Below the pieces are notes generated by a model that saw only the letters and a program-made list of their open reading frames with translations, had not been told where the DNA came from and did not search any database. Below are positions 9,682 to 18,446 of a stretch of 64,000 nt of DNA, in pieces; the stretch's first letter is position 1; each line of letters opens with the position of its first letter. The stretch lies in NCBI GenBank assembly GCA_050633305.1, contig JBOEGF010000015.1:128001-192000 (forward strand). The letters run 5' to 3'. The position numbers and the translations under genes are program-made. The stretch comes from Nannocystales bacterium. Lineage in GTDB: Bacteria > Myxococcota_A > Polyangia > Nannocystales > Nannocystaceae.

Positions 9682-10283
9682 GCGGCCCTCGGTCCCGCCG
9701 TTCGGGCGGTGGCGATAAGCATTTCTCGGAACGCGGGCGGTGTGGCACTCGCCGCTTTCTTCCCAAGCCTTGGGCGGTCTTCTCCGCTGGCCACCCGATT
9801 GCCGCACCACGACACCAGCGCGGACGCCTTCTGGTCTGCAACGTATCCCCAGAGCAGCTTGGGCAGTTCCACGCCGTACGCGTAGAGCCAAGTAGCCTTC
9901 TTAGCCGCGTGCCCATACCGCTGTTGTTCGACGTAGCAGGTCCAGCCGCCGCGAAAATCAGCGTTCACCCATCCAGGCCCGCTCGGCGGCGCATTCAGCC
10001 CATGTGCTGCCCATGCGTCGGAGTAAGCCGGGTGCTCAAGGATGCCTCCCCACCGTCGAACAGAGGCAAGCGCCGCAGCGAAGCACCCTCCGTCGTCGCC
10101 CTTCTTGTGTCCCCATCGAGCCTCGACCAACCCGGCCAGTCGACACCATCGCGAGCACGGAGGGTGGGCTACAACCGGGTGCGGTCCGTCGTAAAGCCGA
10201 GCATCTCGCGACTCGGGCCACGGGTCGACACCGTCGAGTCCCGCATAGCAGCCGTCGGCCTGGACGTAGAGCGCAGCAATCAC
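9678..10283 (-). CDS. Minimal C5-cytosine methyltransferase-like phage protein
   Basis: VAHPPC catalytic-like motif, LEHP, Q..YGH..KKATW, TP..F; canonical FxGxG missing. Confidence 0.55.
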   Translation of the reverse strand: MIAALYVQADGCYAGLDGVDPWPESRDARLYDGPHPVVAHPPCSRWCRLAGLVEARWGHKKGDDGGCFAAALASVRRWGGILEHPAYSDAWAAHGLNAPPSGPGWVNADFRGGWTCYVEQQRYGHAAKKATWLYAYGVELPKLLWGYVADQKASALVSWCGNRVASGEDRPRLGKKAASATPPAFREMLIATARTAGPRAA

Positions 10284-10897
10284 GCGGGCCTCGACGGGTC
10301 CCGCAGCCCCATGTCGGCGAGCAGCTTCCGGGTCAGCGGATGCCCGTTCCAAGGCCGGCCGAATCGTGTCCGGATGCCCTGCCACGTCCGCAGCCCGTGC
10401 CCCGTGTCGAGATGCACCCGTACGCCGCCGAGTGACCTCGTGCCCCACGTGTAGAGCCCGAGACCGACCTGCAGCTGCTCGCCGTACTCGGCCCAGAACC
10501 GTGCCGCGCACCGGAAGTACTCGGTCGAGCTCCCCCCGATGCGGTCGAGGTCGAGAGCCTTCGCGTACTTGTGTGCGCTTCGGCTGGCCCCACCTCGAGG
10601 TCGGTACGCCGCTGCGACCTTGAGCCCTCGGACGCCGGCCTCTTGAATTGCACGTAGCCGGAACTCGATGGCGAGCCGGAGAGTAAGCGCGAGGTTTGGC
10701 CAATGCCGTAGCGGCGGCATCTGGTGCTTTCGGCCGCCGTTGACCAGCTCGCGGTAGGCGAACCCGTGCCCGAGCAGGTCGAGCCGCGTCAGGTACTGCT
10801 CGAGCGACTCCCCGGGCTCGGGCGAACGAGCGCCGTCGTCGATGTAGCGTTGCAGGCTTTCCACCAGAGTGACCGTGGGCGTGCGCGTCCGGCTCAT
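10280..10897 (-). CDS. Peptidase M15-like Zn peptidase, probable endolysin
   Basis: AYR...SAHKYAKALDL and VHLD zinc-ligand pattern. Confidence 0.7.
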   Translation of the reverse strand: MSRTRTPTVTLVESLQRYIDDGARSPEPGESLEQYLTRLDLLGHGFAYRELVNGGRKHQMPPLRHWPNLALTLRLAIEFRLRAIQEAGVRGLKVAAAYRPRGGASRSAHKYAKALDLDRIGGSSTEYFRCAARFWAEYGEQLQVGLGLYTWGTRSLGGVRVHLDTGHGLRTWQGIRTRFGRPWNGHPLTRKLLADMGLRDPSRPA

Positions 10898-12267
10898 CCC
10901 TGCCACTCCATCCCCGGCTCGCGGCGGTCGTCACCTTCGCCAGGCACGTCAAGGAATCGGGAGAAGTGCCCCTCGAACCGAACGTTCACCGTCCCGGGCA
11001 CCCCTTCCCGGCACTTCGGGATGATGACCTCGGCTGCCATCGGGTCGGCTCCCTTCTCGTACATCGCCGGGCGGTACAGCATCAGTGCGGTGTCGATGTC
11101 CTGCTCGATGCTCCCGGACTCCCGGAGGTCGGACAGCTTCGGGCGCTTGTCCTCTCGCTTCTCCAGGTCGCGGTTGAGCTGGCACAGCAGCAGCACGGGC
11201 ACCTGCAGCTCTTTGGCCAGGAGCTTCAACTCGCGCGTCACCTTCCCGATGAAGTCGTTCCGCGTCAGCTTCCGGTCGGCGCCAAACGGATCGAGCAACT
11301 GCAGATAGTCGATGATGATGGGCCCCGGCTTCGAGACCTGCCGCCGCCACGACCGAGCTCGCCCGATGAGTTTGTCGATGTGTGCCCGGTCGAAGAACAC
11401 CCGACCCGGCATCCGTTTGAGTTCCTCGACCGCGTGGATCATCGCGTTCCACCCCCGTTGGGTGGTCGGACACTTCACGTCCCGCATGCCGATCTCCTGG
11501 CTGGGGAACGAGGCCGACATCGAAGTGATCTCGCGCCGGCCCATCTGCTCCTCGGACATCTCGAGGGCGAACATCAGCGGGACCTCGCCGCGCATGCCCG
11601 AGGCCTCGAAGGCTCCATAGCCAAGGCAGGTCTTGCCCATCCCGGGGCGCGCGGCGATAACCACGAGGTCGTTCGGCATTGGCCCACCATCCAACTGCTG
11701 GTTGAGCGCTTGGATGTGGAACCCGAACGGCTGCACCTTCCCTTCGGCGCGCTCCCGGGCTTGTTTCAGCGCTCGCTCCGCAACTTCCCCTGGCGACAGC
11801 CACCCGCCCGCGTTGCCGGCCTCGATCGACGCGAGCATCCCTTGGGTCTCGGCGATGAAGTCGTCAACGTCGTCGGCGTCGATGTTCGCGGCCTTGTCCT
11901 GAGCCTCCGCGAGGATGCGTTGGGCTCGTCGGGCCCGAGCCTTGGCCTTGACGATGCTCGCGTGCTCGCCGACGTTCTGCGTGACCGCGTATCGGTCGGC
12001 GAGGTTCCCAAGCGCCTCAAGCCCGCCGACGAGGTTGATGGTCTCGTCCACCTGCAGCTGTTGTTCGAGGGTGACGATGTCCACCGGGTGCCCGCCGTGG
12101 AGCAGGGTCCGAATCGCCGCCCAGATCGCCCCGCTCTTCGGCAGGTGGAAGTCGTCGGGCTGTAGGTCGGACACGCCCTCAACGTCGAAGGCGTCGTTCC
12201 GGAGCAGAACCGCGCCGAGCACTGCGGCCTCGGCCTCGGGGGCTTGCGGGATGCGGGATGGCAACAT
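10894..12267 (-). CDS. dnaB: Phage-encoded replicative DNA helicase
   Basis: AEAAVLG N-domain, AARPGMGKT, IIIDYLQLL, LSDLRESGSIEQD. Confidence 0.95.
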   Translation of the reverse strand: MLPSRIPQAPEAEAAVLGAVLLRNDAFDVEGVSDLQPDDFHLPKSGAIWAAIRTLLHGGHPVDIVTLEQQLQVDETINLVGGLEALGNLADRYAVTQNVGEHASIVKAKARARRAQRILAEAQDKAANIDADDVDDFIAETQGMLASIEAGNAGGWLSPGEVAERALKQARERAEGKVQPFGFHIQALNQQLDGGPMPNDLVVIAARPGMGKTCLGYGAFEASGMRGEVPLMFALEMSEEQMGRREITSMSASFPSQEIGMRDVKCPTTQRGWNAMIHAVEELKRMPGRVFFDRAHIDKLIGRARSWRRQVSKPGPIIIDYLQLLDPFGADRKLTRNDFIGKVTRELKLLAKELQVPVLLLCQLNRDLEKREDKRPKLSDLRESGSIEQDIDTALMLYRPAMYEKGADPMAAEVIIPKCREGVPGTVNVRFEGHFSRFLDVPGEGDDRREPGMEWQG

Positions 12268-12330
12268 ACCCGCAAAGACCCGGCCCCTGTTGGGGTGCGG
12301 GCTGGGCCTTGCGGCGGGGGTGGCAGAGGG

Positions 12331-12714
12331 CTACGAGAAGCGGACTTTTGGGGGGCCGCTCTTCGGGTGCGAGTTCTTGCCGAGCTGGCTCACCTGGGCA
12401 AGGAAGTCGCCCATCGGGATGGTGTCCTTTGTCGGCCAGTACGGGGCACGGACGCCCTCGTCGGTGATGTAGAGCTCGAGAGTCTTGGTCTCGGCGCACA
12501 GCGACCCTTGGCCGGTCACGAGGCGGCGGAACGTGTCGTCGACCTCGAGTTCGCTGCGGTTATAGGCCACCTGGCGGATGTAGGTCGCCTCGTTGACCAA
12601 CTCAGTCGGAAGATGGTCCGTACCGCGGCTTCCGCCAGGCCACGCCACGGGGGCGCCCTCTGGCACGCACGCGGGTAGTTCGGAGGTTCGAGTGATGTAG
12701 AAAGCGTTGCTCAT
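12331..12714 (-). CDS. Phage hypothetical protein
   Basis: Protein-like C-terminal part of track ORF 12331..13551, from MSNAFY. Confidence 0.55.
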   Translation of the reverse strand: MSNAFYITRTSELPACVPEGAPVAWPGGSRGTDHLPTELVNEATYIRQVAYNRSELEVDDTFRRLVTGQGSLCAETKTLELYITDEGVRAPYWPTKDTIPMGDFLAQVSQLGKNSHPKSGPPKVRFS

Positions 12715-12762
12715 ACGCCCTATGCCCCGACCGCTCTCGCGGTACGGGGTAGCCTCTCCGGA

Positions 12763-13086
12763 GTGACTCACCGGATGCCGGACCTTGCCGACGGGGCGTG
12801 CGACGTCTGTGGCGGTGCGCTGGTCGGACCCTACTGGGTGCACGAACGGCAGAAGCTGGTGCACACCAAGTGCCGGGCGTGGGAGTCGGTGGCGTGGCCC
12901 TTTGAAGCCACGCTCAAGACACTGCGAGAGTCGTGGAGCGCGGCCGACCCCGAGGGCCGGGAGCGGATCTCCGCGGTTGGGCTCTGGCTCCGACAGCGGA
13001 AGTCCCGATGGCCGCGGGATGCGACCGAGACTGCGGTGGAGCTCGAGCGGCGGATTGCGGGGCTTGGGCGGCTGGTGCGGGTGTGA
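12763..13086 (+). CDS. Counter-oriented small protein with CxxC...HxxC
   Basis: Only plausible plus-strand gene in the prophage; fills a gap in the minus-strand train. Confidence 0.55.
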   Translation: MTHRMPDLADGACDVCGGALVGPYWVHERQKLVHTKCRAWESVAWPFEATLKTLRESWSAADPEGRERISAVGLWLRQRKSRWPRDATETAVELERRIAGLGRLVRV

Positions 13087-13121
13087 CTCATGGGCGGTGA
13101 TTGCTACTAGGCTGTGAGCTG

Positions 13122-13295
13122 TTAGGAGGTGGCTAGCAGCAACCGCCCGGCAGGGTCGGTTCGCGCGAGCACGACGACGGAAGGCGCCGCGTTGAAGTCG
13201 ACGCCAATCACCCACGCTGTCCGAGCCGCCCGCGCCTTGTTGCGTCGTCGGAGCCGGCGATTGCGGGCGCGGTCCTTTCGGGGGTCCCGGCTCAC
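13122..13295 (-). CDS. 57-aa basic peptide with a VIGVDFN motif
   Basis: GTGA coupling with the upstream gene. Confidence 0.4.
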   Translation of the reverse strand: MSRDPRKDRARNRRLRRRNKARAARTAWVIGVDFNAAPSVVVLARTDPAGRLLLATS

Positions 13296-13594
13296 GTGGT
13301 CTCCCTGCAGGGGTAGAACGTAGTGCTGCCCACGCGCACGCCGTGGGAGCAGCAGACTTCGTCCAGGACGGCGCGCGTGTCGTCCATGCGGTCCACGTGC
13401 ACCGACAGGGTGCACGACACCCAACCAGGGCGCGAGAGTCGGACCCACACGTTCGACGCCCCCGAGGCTTCGAGCTGAGCGGTGATTTCGAGAACCGCCT
13501 GAGCCCTTGCTTTCGCCGACCTGACAGCGGCTTCTGCCACCGCCACTTCACCTTCCCAGAAGTCGACGTCCTGATAGGAGTCGTTGTAGCTCAT
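13292..13594 (-). CDS. Phage hypothetical protein
   Basis: ATGA coupling. Confidence 0.55.
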   Translation of the reverse strand: MSYNDSYQDVDFWEGEVAVAEAAVRSAKARAQAVLEITAQLEASGASNVWVRLSRPGWVSCTLSVHVDRMDDTRAVLDEVCCSHGVRVGSTTFYPCRETT

Positions 13595-14097
13595 GACCCC
13601 TCACCTTCCTCTCGGGTGAGGGCGTCGACCGCATCCCAGAGAGCCAAGGACTCTGGCGTGGACCACTTCGATCGAGCGCCTTGTCTCTGCCAGGCCATTG
13701 CGGAACCGGTGACCGCCCGCAGCCGGGCTAGCTCATCACCGTGGACCGCGTCGGCAACGATGCGCTCGTAGGCTGCGCCGGCTTCCTGCGCCTCTGCCTG
13801 GCTTGCAAAGTGCGTCTCGCCCTCGAATGAGAACCGTACCCGCCAGTCTCGCTCGCCATCTCCGACGCGTTGGGCCCAAGCGCCGGTTGTGCCGCAGACA
13901 CCTTCCAAGGCCTCTCGGAGCCGGGCGTTCTGCTCGTCCTGCCACTTCGCGTGCTTCTCCGCGGCTTCTCGCATCCTCCGGGCCTCGAACAGCTCGTCGT
14001 GGAGCCGGACGTTTTCCTGTTTCGCCTCGTCCAGCTGGAGCCTGAACTCCTCCGCTCGTTCCGCGTCGGTGAGTCTTCTGCTTCGGGTGTTGCTCAT
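13591..14097 (-). CDS. Coiled-coil phage hypothetical protein
   Basis: ATGA coupling; heptad-like E/R/L segment. Confidence 0.55.
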   Translation of the reverse strand: MSNTRSRRLTDAERAEEFRLQLDEAKQENVRLHDELFEARRMREAAEKHAKWQDEQNARLREALEGVCGTTGAWAQRVGDGERDWRVRFSFEGETHFASQAEAQEAGAAYERIVADAVHGDELARLRAVTGSAMAWQRQGARSKWSTPESLALWDAVDALTREEGEGS

Positions 14098-14375
14098 GAG
14101 TCTCGTCCTTCGTTCCTGATTCGCGCTGCACATGCCCAGCACCGGCCGTCGTCGTCGAGTTCGGTGTCCGACCAGGGGTCGTCACACTCCGTGCACTCGG
14201 CTTCCTCGTCGACCGTGCAGGGCAGACAAAACCCGTCCTCGAGGTCCGCGGCTGCCCAGAGTCCCCCGCACTCCGAGCACGCCAGCGGGATCGCTCCCAC
14301 TCGGTCGCTCACCGTCGACAGGGCAGCAGAGGCCGCAGAGGTGTCGACCGTCACGGTGATGGTTGGTCGGTTCAC
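14094..14375 (-). CDS. Small protein with four CxxC motifs
   Basis: CSEC, CLPC, CTEC, CWAC. Confidence 0.55.
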   Translation of the reverse strand: MNRPTITVTVDTSAASAALSTVSDRVGAIPLACSECGGLWAAADLEDGFCLPCTVDEEAECTECDDPWSDTELDDDGRCWACAARIRNEGRDS

Positions 14376-14602
14376 GAGACCCTCCGCGCCATCTCGGCCT
14401 GCAGCGTCTCGACGTCCTTCGCGAGCTTGGCCAACTCGAGGGCGGCACGGAATCCGCGTTGGCGCTCGGCCATGATGCGGCTCGCTGCCTTCGAGCCCTT
14501 TTGTCGGTGTCGGTTGTCCTCCAGTTGAACCGCGAGTTCAAACTCGACGGGCCACAGGAGCTTCGCGAACCGCCGAAACGGGTAGTCGTCATGCCAGTTC
14601 AC
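14372..14602 (-). CDS. Phage hypothetical protein
   Basis: GTGA coupling. Confidence 0.5.
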   Translation of the reverse strand: MNWHDDYPFRRFAKLLWPVEFELAVQLEDNRHRQKGSKAASRIMAERQRGFRAALELAKLAKDVETLQAEMARRVS

Positions 14603-15621
14603 GCCGCACCGCCAATCCGGACCGCACGCTGCCCACCACGGCCGTCGAGCTCCCAGCCCCAGCCGGTACCGGTGAGCGAGCCGCCGTGGTCCTTGGCGTA
14701 GGCTTCGGCCTCTGCGGCCGTCTCCAGCTTGGGGCCGCTGCTGGGTGCGAGTCCGGGCTTCGACCTGTTCGGGACCGGCAGTCCGTCACGCAGCATCGGG
14801 TACGGCCACGAGAACGAGATGCCGCCCCACATATCCGCGGGCAGCTCGCCGGACCCGATGCGCCGGGCGAGGTTCTTCGCGACGGTGTGCAGCTCCTCGA
14901 CCGTCGCACCCTGCTCGAGCAACGACAGCATGGTCTTGTCGCCGACGATGAGCTGGCCGAGCTGCGAGCGCCCTGGTGGCGTCGGTCGGCACTCGGGGTC
15001 GTAGGCGACCAGCTCGCGGAACCGGGAGAGCGCGTGTCTCCGGTCGGCCTCGATGTCGGCGCGGGTCTTCGGTGGGCTTGCTGAGCGCGCTCGGGATTTG
15101 GGGGAGCCCCCGCTCCCCTTCTTGTTCCTTGTTCCTCGTTCCTTGTTCCTCGTTCCTGTATGAGCAACCCCTTCGGTGGGGCCTTCGGGAGGGCCTTCGC
15201 CTTCCCCCTCGGAAGGGCCTTCGAGGGCCGGGTCTCCTTTGCGCCCCGAGTAGCGCTCCCAGAATGCCGCCCGAACCTCCGCGGGAAGCACTTCAACGGC
15301 ATTCACGACGCCTTTCCACCCGTTCGGGGTTCGTCCCTGGTGCTTCGCAGCACTGCAGGCCCAGACGATTTCCAGCTCCGGCCACCACCGAATCAGCGGC
15401 TCGGCTCGGTCCTGCATGCGCTTCAAACTTGCTCGGACCTTCGCCGCACTCGCTCCTTTTCCGCAGTCTTTCGCGATTTGGGCGACGCTTTTGCGCATGA
15501 CCCCGGCGATGTTCGACGCGACCACCTGGAAAAACAGGATGTCGCGGTCGATGGATTGCAGGCCCGCGGTGCTCGGGTGGGTGAGGACGTCGGTCCGGAA
15601 CGTGCGGTTCTTGCCTGCCAT
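14599..15621 (-). CDS. Phage replication initiator (O-like)
   Basis: N-terminal wHTH-like region, central repeat-rich linker, located upstream of dnaB. Confidence 0.65.
   Translation of the reverse strand: MAGKNRTFRTDVLTHPSTAGLQSIDRDILFFQVVASNIAGVMRKSVAQIAKDCGKGASAAKVRASLKRMQDRAEPLIRWWPELEIVWACSAAKHQGRTPNGWKGVVNAVEVLPAEVRAAFWERYSGRKGDPALEGPSEGEGEGPPEGPTEGVAHTGTRNKERGTRNKKGSGGSPKSRARSASPPKTRADIEADRRHALSRFRELVAYDPECRPTPPGRSQLGQLIVGDKTMLSLLEQGATVEELHTVAKNLARRIGSGELPADMWGGISFSWPYPMLRDGLPVPNRSKPGLAPSSGPKLETAAEAEAYAKDHGGSLTGTGWGWELDGRGGQRAVRIGGAA
15124..15228. repeat. Candidate phage origin: five 7-bp and five 12-bp repeats inside the initiator gene
   Basis: GTTCCT(T/C/G) x5 at 15124-15158; (G/C)CC(T/C)TCG-N5 x5 at 15169-15228. 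Confidence 0.6.
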
Positions 15622-15854
15622 CAGCCCGCCCTCCCGTTCGACAGCTTGGCCAGCTTCAACGCTGCAAGAGCTACCCGCGTGGTCTCCACAGACTTCTCCG
15701 CGGTGGCGTTTGCGATGGCTGCGGCCTTGAGGGCGCTATCCGTCGTGGCAAGGGCATCCTCGGCGGTCCTTCTGTACCTGCGACTGGTCAGCTCGGTGAC
15801 GATCAGGTAGGCCGTGATTCCGACCAAGGCGACGATATCCAGCACGTATTCCAT
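15621..15854 (-). CDS. Small single-TM protein
   Basis: Hydrophobic N-terminus followed by an Ala-rich helix. Confidence 0.55.
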   Translation of the reverse strand: MEYVLDIVALVGITAYLIVTELTSRRYRRTAEDALATTDSALKAAAIANATAEKSVETTRVALAALKLAKLSNGRAG

Positions 15855-16051
15855 CAGCCCGCCCTCCGGACTTCGTGGCCGCGCTCGATGAAGGCCGCAA
15901 TGGCCTCGTCGGGCAGCTCTGTCAGCGGGCCCAGGAGCCCCTGGGCGAGGCTCTGCCCCAGCGGGTCTACAGGGCCGCGCTTGGCGAGAAAACCGGTCAG
16001 GAAGGCGCGCACGTCCTCAGTGCGGCCGGTGGTGGTGTCTTGTTCGCTCAT
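15854..16051 (-). CDS. Phage hypothetical protein
   Basis: MSEQDT start after a GAGGAG element. Confidence 0.5.
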   Translation of the reverse strand: MSEQDTTTGRTEDVRAFLTGFLAKRGPVDPLGQSLAQGLLGPLTELPDEAIAAFIERGHEVRRAG

Positions 16052-16058
16052 CGTGTCG

Positions 16059-16547
16059 TCAACTCCTCGTCCATTCGATGTCTGCGAGCCCTTGGGTCCG
16101 CTCGTCGTAGTGCAGGAACGCCGCACAGACGGCGTCAGCCTCGTGCTCGTCCCGGATGTCCTGGCCGGACCTGTGCGAAGCCCAGGCCGCCATGTCGGCC
16201 TTGCTTGCGCGACCGTGTCCCGTGGTCCTGAGCTTCAGGGATGACGGTGCAATCGTCGTCATGGGGTCCGCTTGATGGGAGACCCCCCACGTCCGCACGG
16301 TGGCCAGATAGCCCCCCGTCACGAGCAGGTTCTGTGTTCCGGTACCCTTGAGTGCGAACTTCGTCTCGCACATGGACGCGTCGACCGGTCCGAGGTCAGC
16401 CAATCTGTGGAACAGCCGGAAGTACCGAAGCCCGGGGTCTTCCCCTTTGGCGTGCACCAGCTCCCAAGTCCCAGAGCAGACCAGTCGGCCGTCCTCTACG
16501 ACTCCGTAGCCGAAGAACTTTCCGGGGTCGAACCCACCGACGCGCAC
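16059..16547 (-). CDS. RuvC-like Holliday junction resolvase
   Basis: GGFDPG..GYGVV, E, TGHGRASKADM, DEHEADA. Confidence 0.85.
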   Translation of the reverse strand: MRVGGFDPGKFFGYGVVEDGRLVCSGTWELVHAKGEDPGLRYFRLFHRLADLGPVDASMCETKFALKGTGTQNLLVTGGYLATVRTWGVSHQADPMTTIAPSSLKLRTTGHGRASKADMAAWASHRSGQDIRDEHEADAVCAAFLHYDERTQGLADIEWTRS

Positions 16548-16551
16548 GGGC

Positions 16552-16890
16552 CTACTCCTCGCCCTTGTCGTTCTTGGCGCGCTTCACCTTGACCGAAGGC
16601 GTGTTGTCCTTGGGCTCGAGGGTCACCTCGAGGTCTCCGTCGGTGTACGCCTTCAGCTTCGCACCCACCATGTACTCGGTGAGCTTCGTCTTCGCGGCCT
16701 TCTCGGTGACGCCCCAGCCGATGCGTTCGTCCCGTGCGTTCTCGTAGGCCTCGGCGAGCTTCTCCAGCTTCGGGTCTCTCTTCGGCTTGGTGCCAGGGAT
16801 CGCCGATTGTCGGGCGGGGGCTCGTCCGCTCTTCTTTGGGGCGGTGGTCTTCTTGGCCGGCGCCTTCTTGGTGGTCTTCTTCGCTGTCAT
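16552..16890 (-). CDS. Lys-rich protein with an AKK-repeat N-terminus
   Basis: MTAKKTTKKAPAKKTTAPKK; ATGA coupling. Confidence 0.6.
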   Translation of the reverse strand: MTAKKTTKKAPAKKTTAPKKSGRAPARQSAIPGTKPKRDPKLEKLAEAYENARDERIGWGVTEKAAKTKLTEYMVGAKLKAYTDGDLEVTLEPKDNTPSVKVKRAKNDKGEE

Positions 16891-17366
16891 CGGTTTCGCT
16901 TTCGGTGTTGGTCTGCGTTCGGGCACGTGGCCCAGTGGGTTTGGAATCGGGGCGTGTCCGCCGGGTCGGTCAGCGGCTCAGAAAGCCGGACTCGTGGCGC
17001 GCCGTTCTCCGTCTGGCCGTCGATGACCCAGCAGCCGTCTTGGCTCGGGTCCGCGCCCATCGGCGTCGACTTGTCGTGGATGGTGACTGCCCACCAGACA
17101 GGCGCGTGGCAGGACTTGCAGGAGACCAGCGCTGCGCCTGCTCTTGCGGCCATGCCCGCGAGCACCTTGGCCATCTTGCGCGCGTCTTCCTCGACCTCCT
17201 CGAGGCTGGCTTCGTAGCCGAGCTCGATCCACAGCTTGGAGGCTGGGTGACCTACGCAAAAGCGTCTGCGCGTACCAACAATGGCGACGTTGGTTTCGCC
17301 GGGAACGATGCGCCCGAAGACCTCCTCGATCAGCTTGCACTTCGCGTGTGGGTCGTTGGTCAGCAT
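16887..17366 (-). CDS. Phage protein with a CxxC...HxxxC domain
   Basis: CKSCHAPVWW...RFQTHWATC. Confidence 0.6.
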   Translation of the reverse strand: MLTNDPHAKCKLIEEVFGRIVPGETNVAIVGTRRRFCVGHPASKLWIELGYEASLEEVEEDARKMAKVLAGMAARAGAALVSCKSCHAPVWWAVTIHDKSTPMGADPSQDGCWVIDGQTENGAPRVRLSEPLTDPADTPRFQTHWATCPNADQHRKRNR

Positions 17367-17974
17367 GGGAGTTCCAGTTGCTCGGCGTGGGCGGTGGTGG
17401 TGAGAAGTCGTTGTCGGGCTTGGGGTCGCGCTCGCCTCCGCGGTGGCAGTTCAGCCAGCCGAGCGCTCTTGCCAAACCGCAGGAAGCTCTGGCCGCGACG
17501 GTCGAACGACGGTGCTCGACGCGAGCAGCTCACGTGGTGAAGTTCGTACCGGTCCGCGGTGCGCTCATCGGTGGCGCGGCGAATGACCGGGGAGCGGGAC
17601 GGCACCCGCTGGGCTACGACGAGCCAATCGCCGTCGGGGGTCGGTGTGGTGTCCAGCGGCAGGCGTTGGCCCTGCTCGGTGAAGGCCTCGGCCGTCGGGG
17701 CGCCGCACTTCCGGCATGCGGTGTTCGGGAGCTGGCGAAGGTAGAGCCGCTCGCGCTCTTCTTGCTCGAGCGCGCGCGCACGGTGGAGCTCGGCGCGGCG
17801 GTCCGCTTCCCGCTGCTCCTGCTGGCCTTCGTCGATGCGGGCGCGGCAGTCCAAGCGGGTTTGCGCAAGGCCCCACTTCGCCGGGTTCGTGAACACGACG
17901 TCACGGCCGAGCAGCACCTCGTAGTCGCCTGTGGCCACGTGCCGGCGAATGCGGTAGGGGCCTTCCCGCCACAC
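17360..17974 (-). CDS. Phage protein with a CxxC...HxxxC domain
   Basis: CRKCGAP...RYELHHVSC. Confidence 0.6.
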   Translation of the reverse strand: MWREGPYRIRRHVATGDYEVLLGRDVVFTNPAKWGLAQTRLDCRARIDEGQQEQREADRRAELHRARALEQEERERLYLRQLPNTACRKCGAPTAEAFTEQGQRLPLDTTPTPDGDWLVVAQRVPSRSPVIRRATDERTADRYELHHVSCSRRAPSFDRRGQSFLRFGKSARLAELPPRRRARPQARQRLLTTTAHAEQLELPC

Positions 17975-17978
17975 ACCG

Positions 17979-18443
17979 CTAGCCCTCCTCCGACGCGGCA
18001 GGAAGCGCCGGCATGGTGAGTGGGTTGCCGGGCACCATTTGCGCCAACCCGGCCCGCATCTCCTCGAAGACGGTGTGGCCGCGCGGGCCCTCGATGGACG
18101 GGAGCCATGCTTGCGCGGGCGCCTCGAGTCCCGCTTCGATGGCTTCGAGTTTGGACTTCACGTACCAGTGCAGCGTTCGATGCAGCCGGTTGGCCTCGCG
18201 CTTCATGTGCGCGTCCTTGTTCCGCGTCGTCCGGCGGACGGGCTGCCCCTGGGTCTCGGGGTCAACAGTCAGTCGCACCATGTGGCGGGTGCCCTGGTCC
18301 TCGACCTCGAACCGAAGCACCGACCTGCCATCGGGCCATGTCGTCCACTGCACGCCGCCGACACCCGACTTCTCGAGCAGCTTGCTGATATCGGCGCGGC
18401 TCTTGGCAACGCTGACCTTCGTGTCACTGTAGGGAAGCGCCAT
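17979..18443 (-). CDS. Phage hypothetical protein
   Basis: Clean ORF within the operon. Confidence 0.65.
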   Translation of the reverse strand: MALPYSDTKVSVAKSRADISKLLEKSGVGGVQWTTWPDGRSVLRFEVEDQGTRHMVRLTVDPETQGQPVRRTTRNKDAHMKREANRLHRTLHWYVKSKLEAIEAGLEAPAQAWLPSIEGPRGHTVFEEMRAGLAQMVPGNPLTMPALPAASEEG

Positions 18444-18446
18444 CGT

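Noticed and set aside
10894..12267. Host dnaB near oriC
   Set aside because: Embedded in and coupled to phage genes, so treated as phage-encoded.
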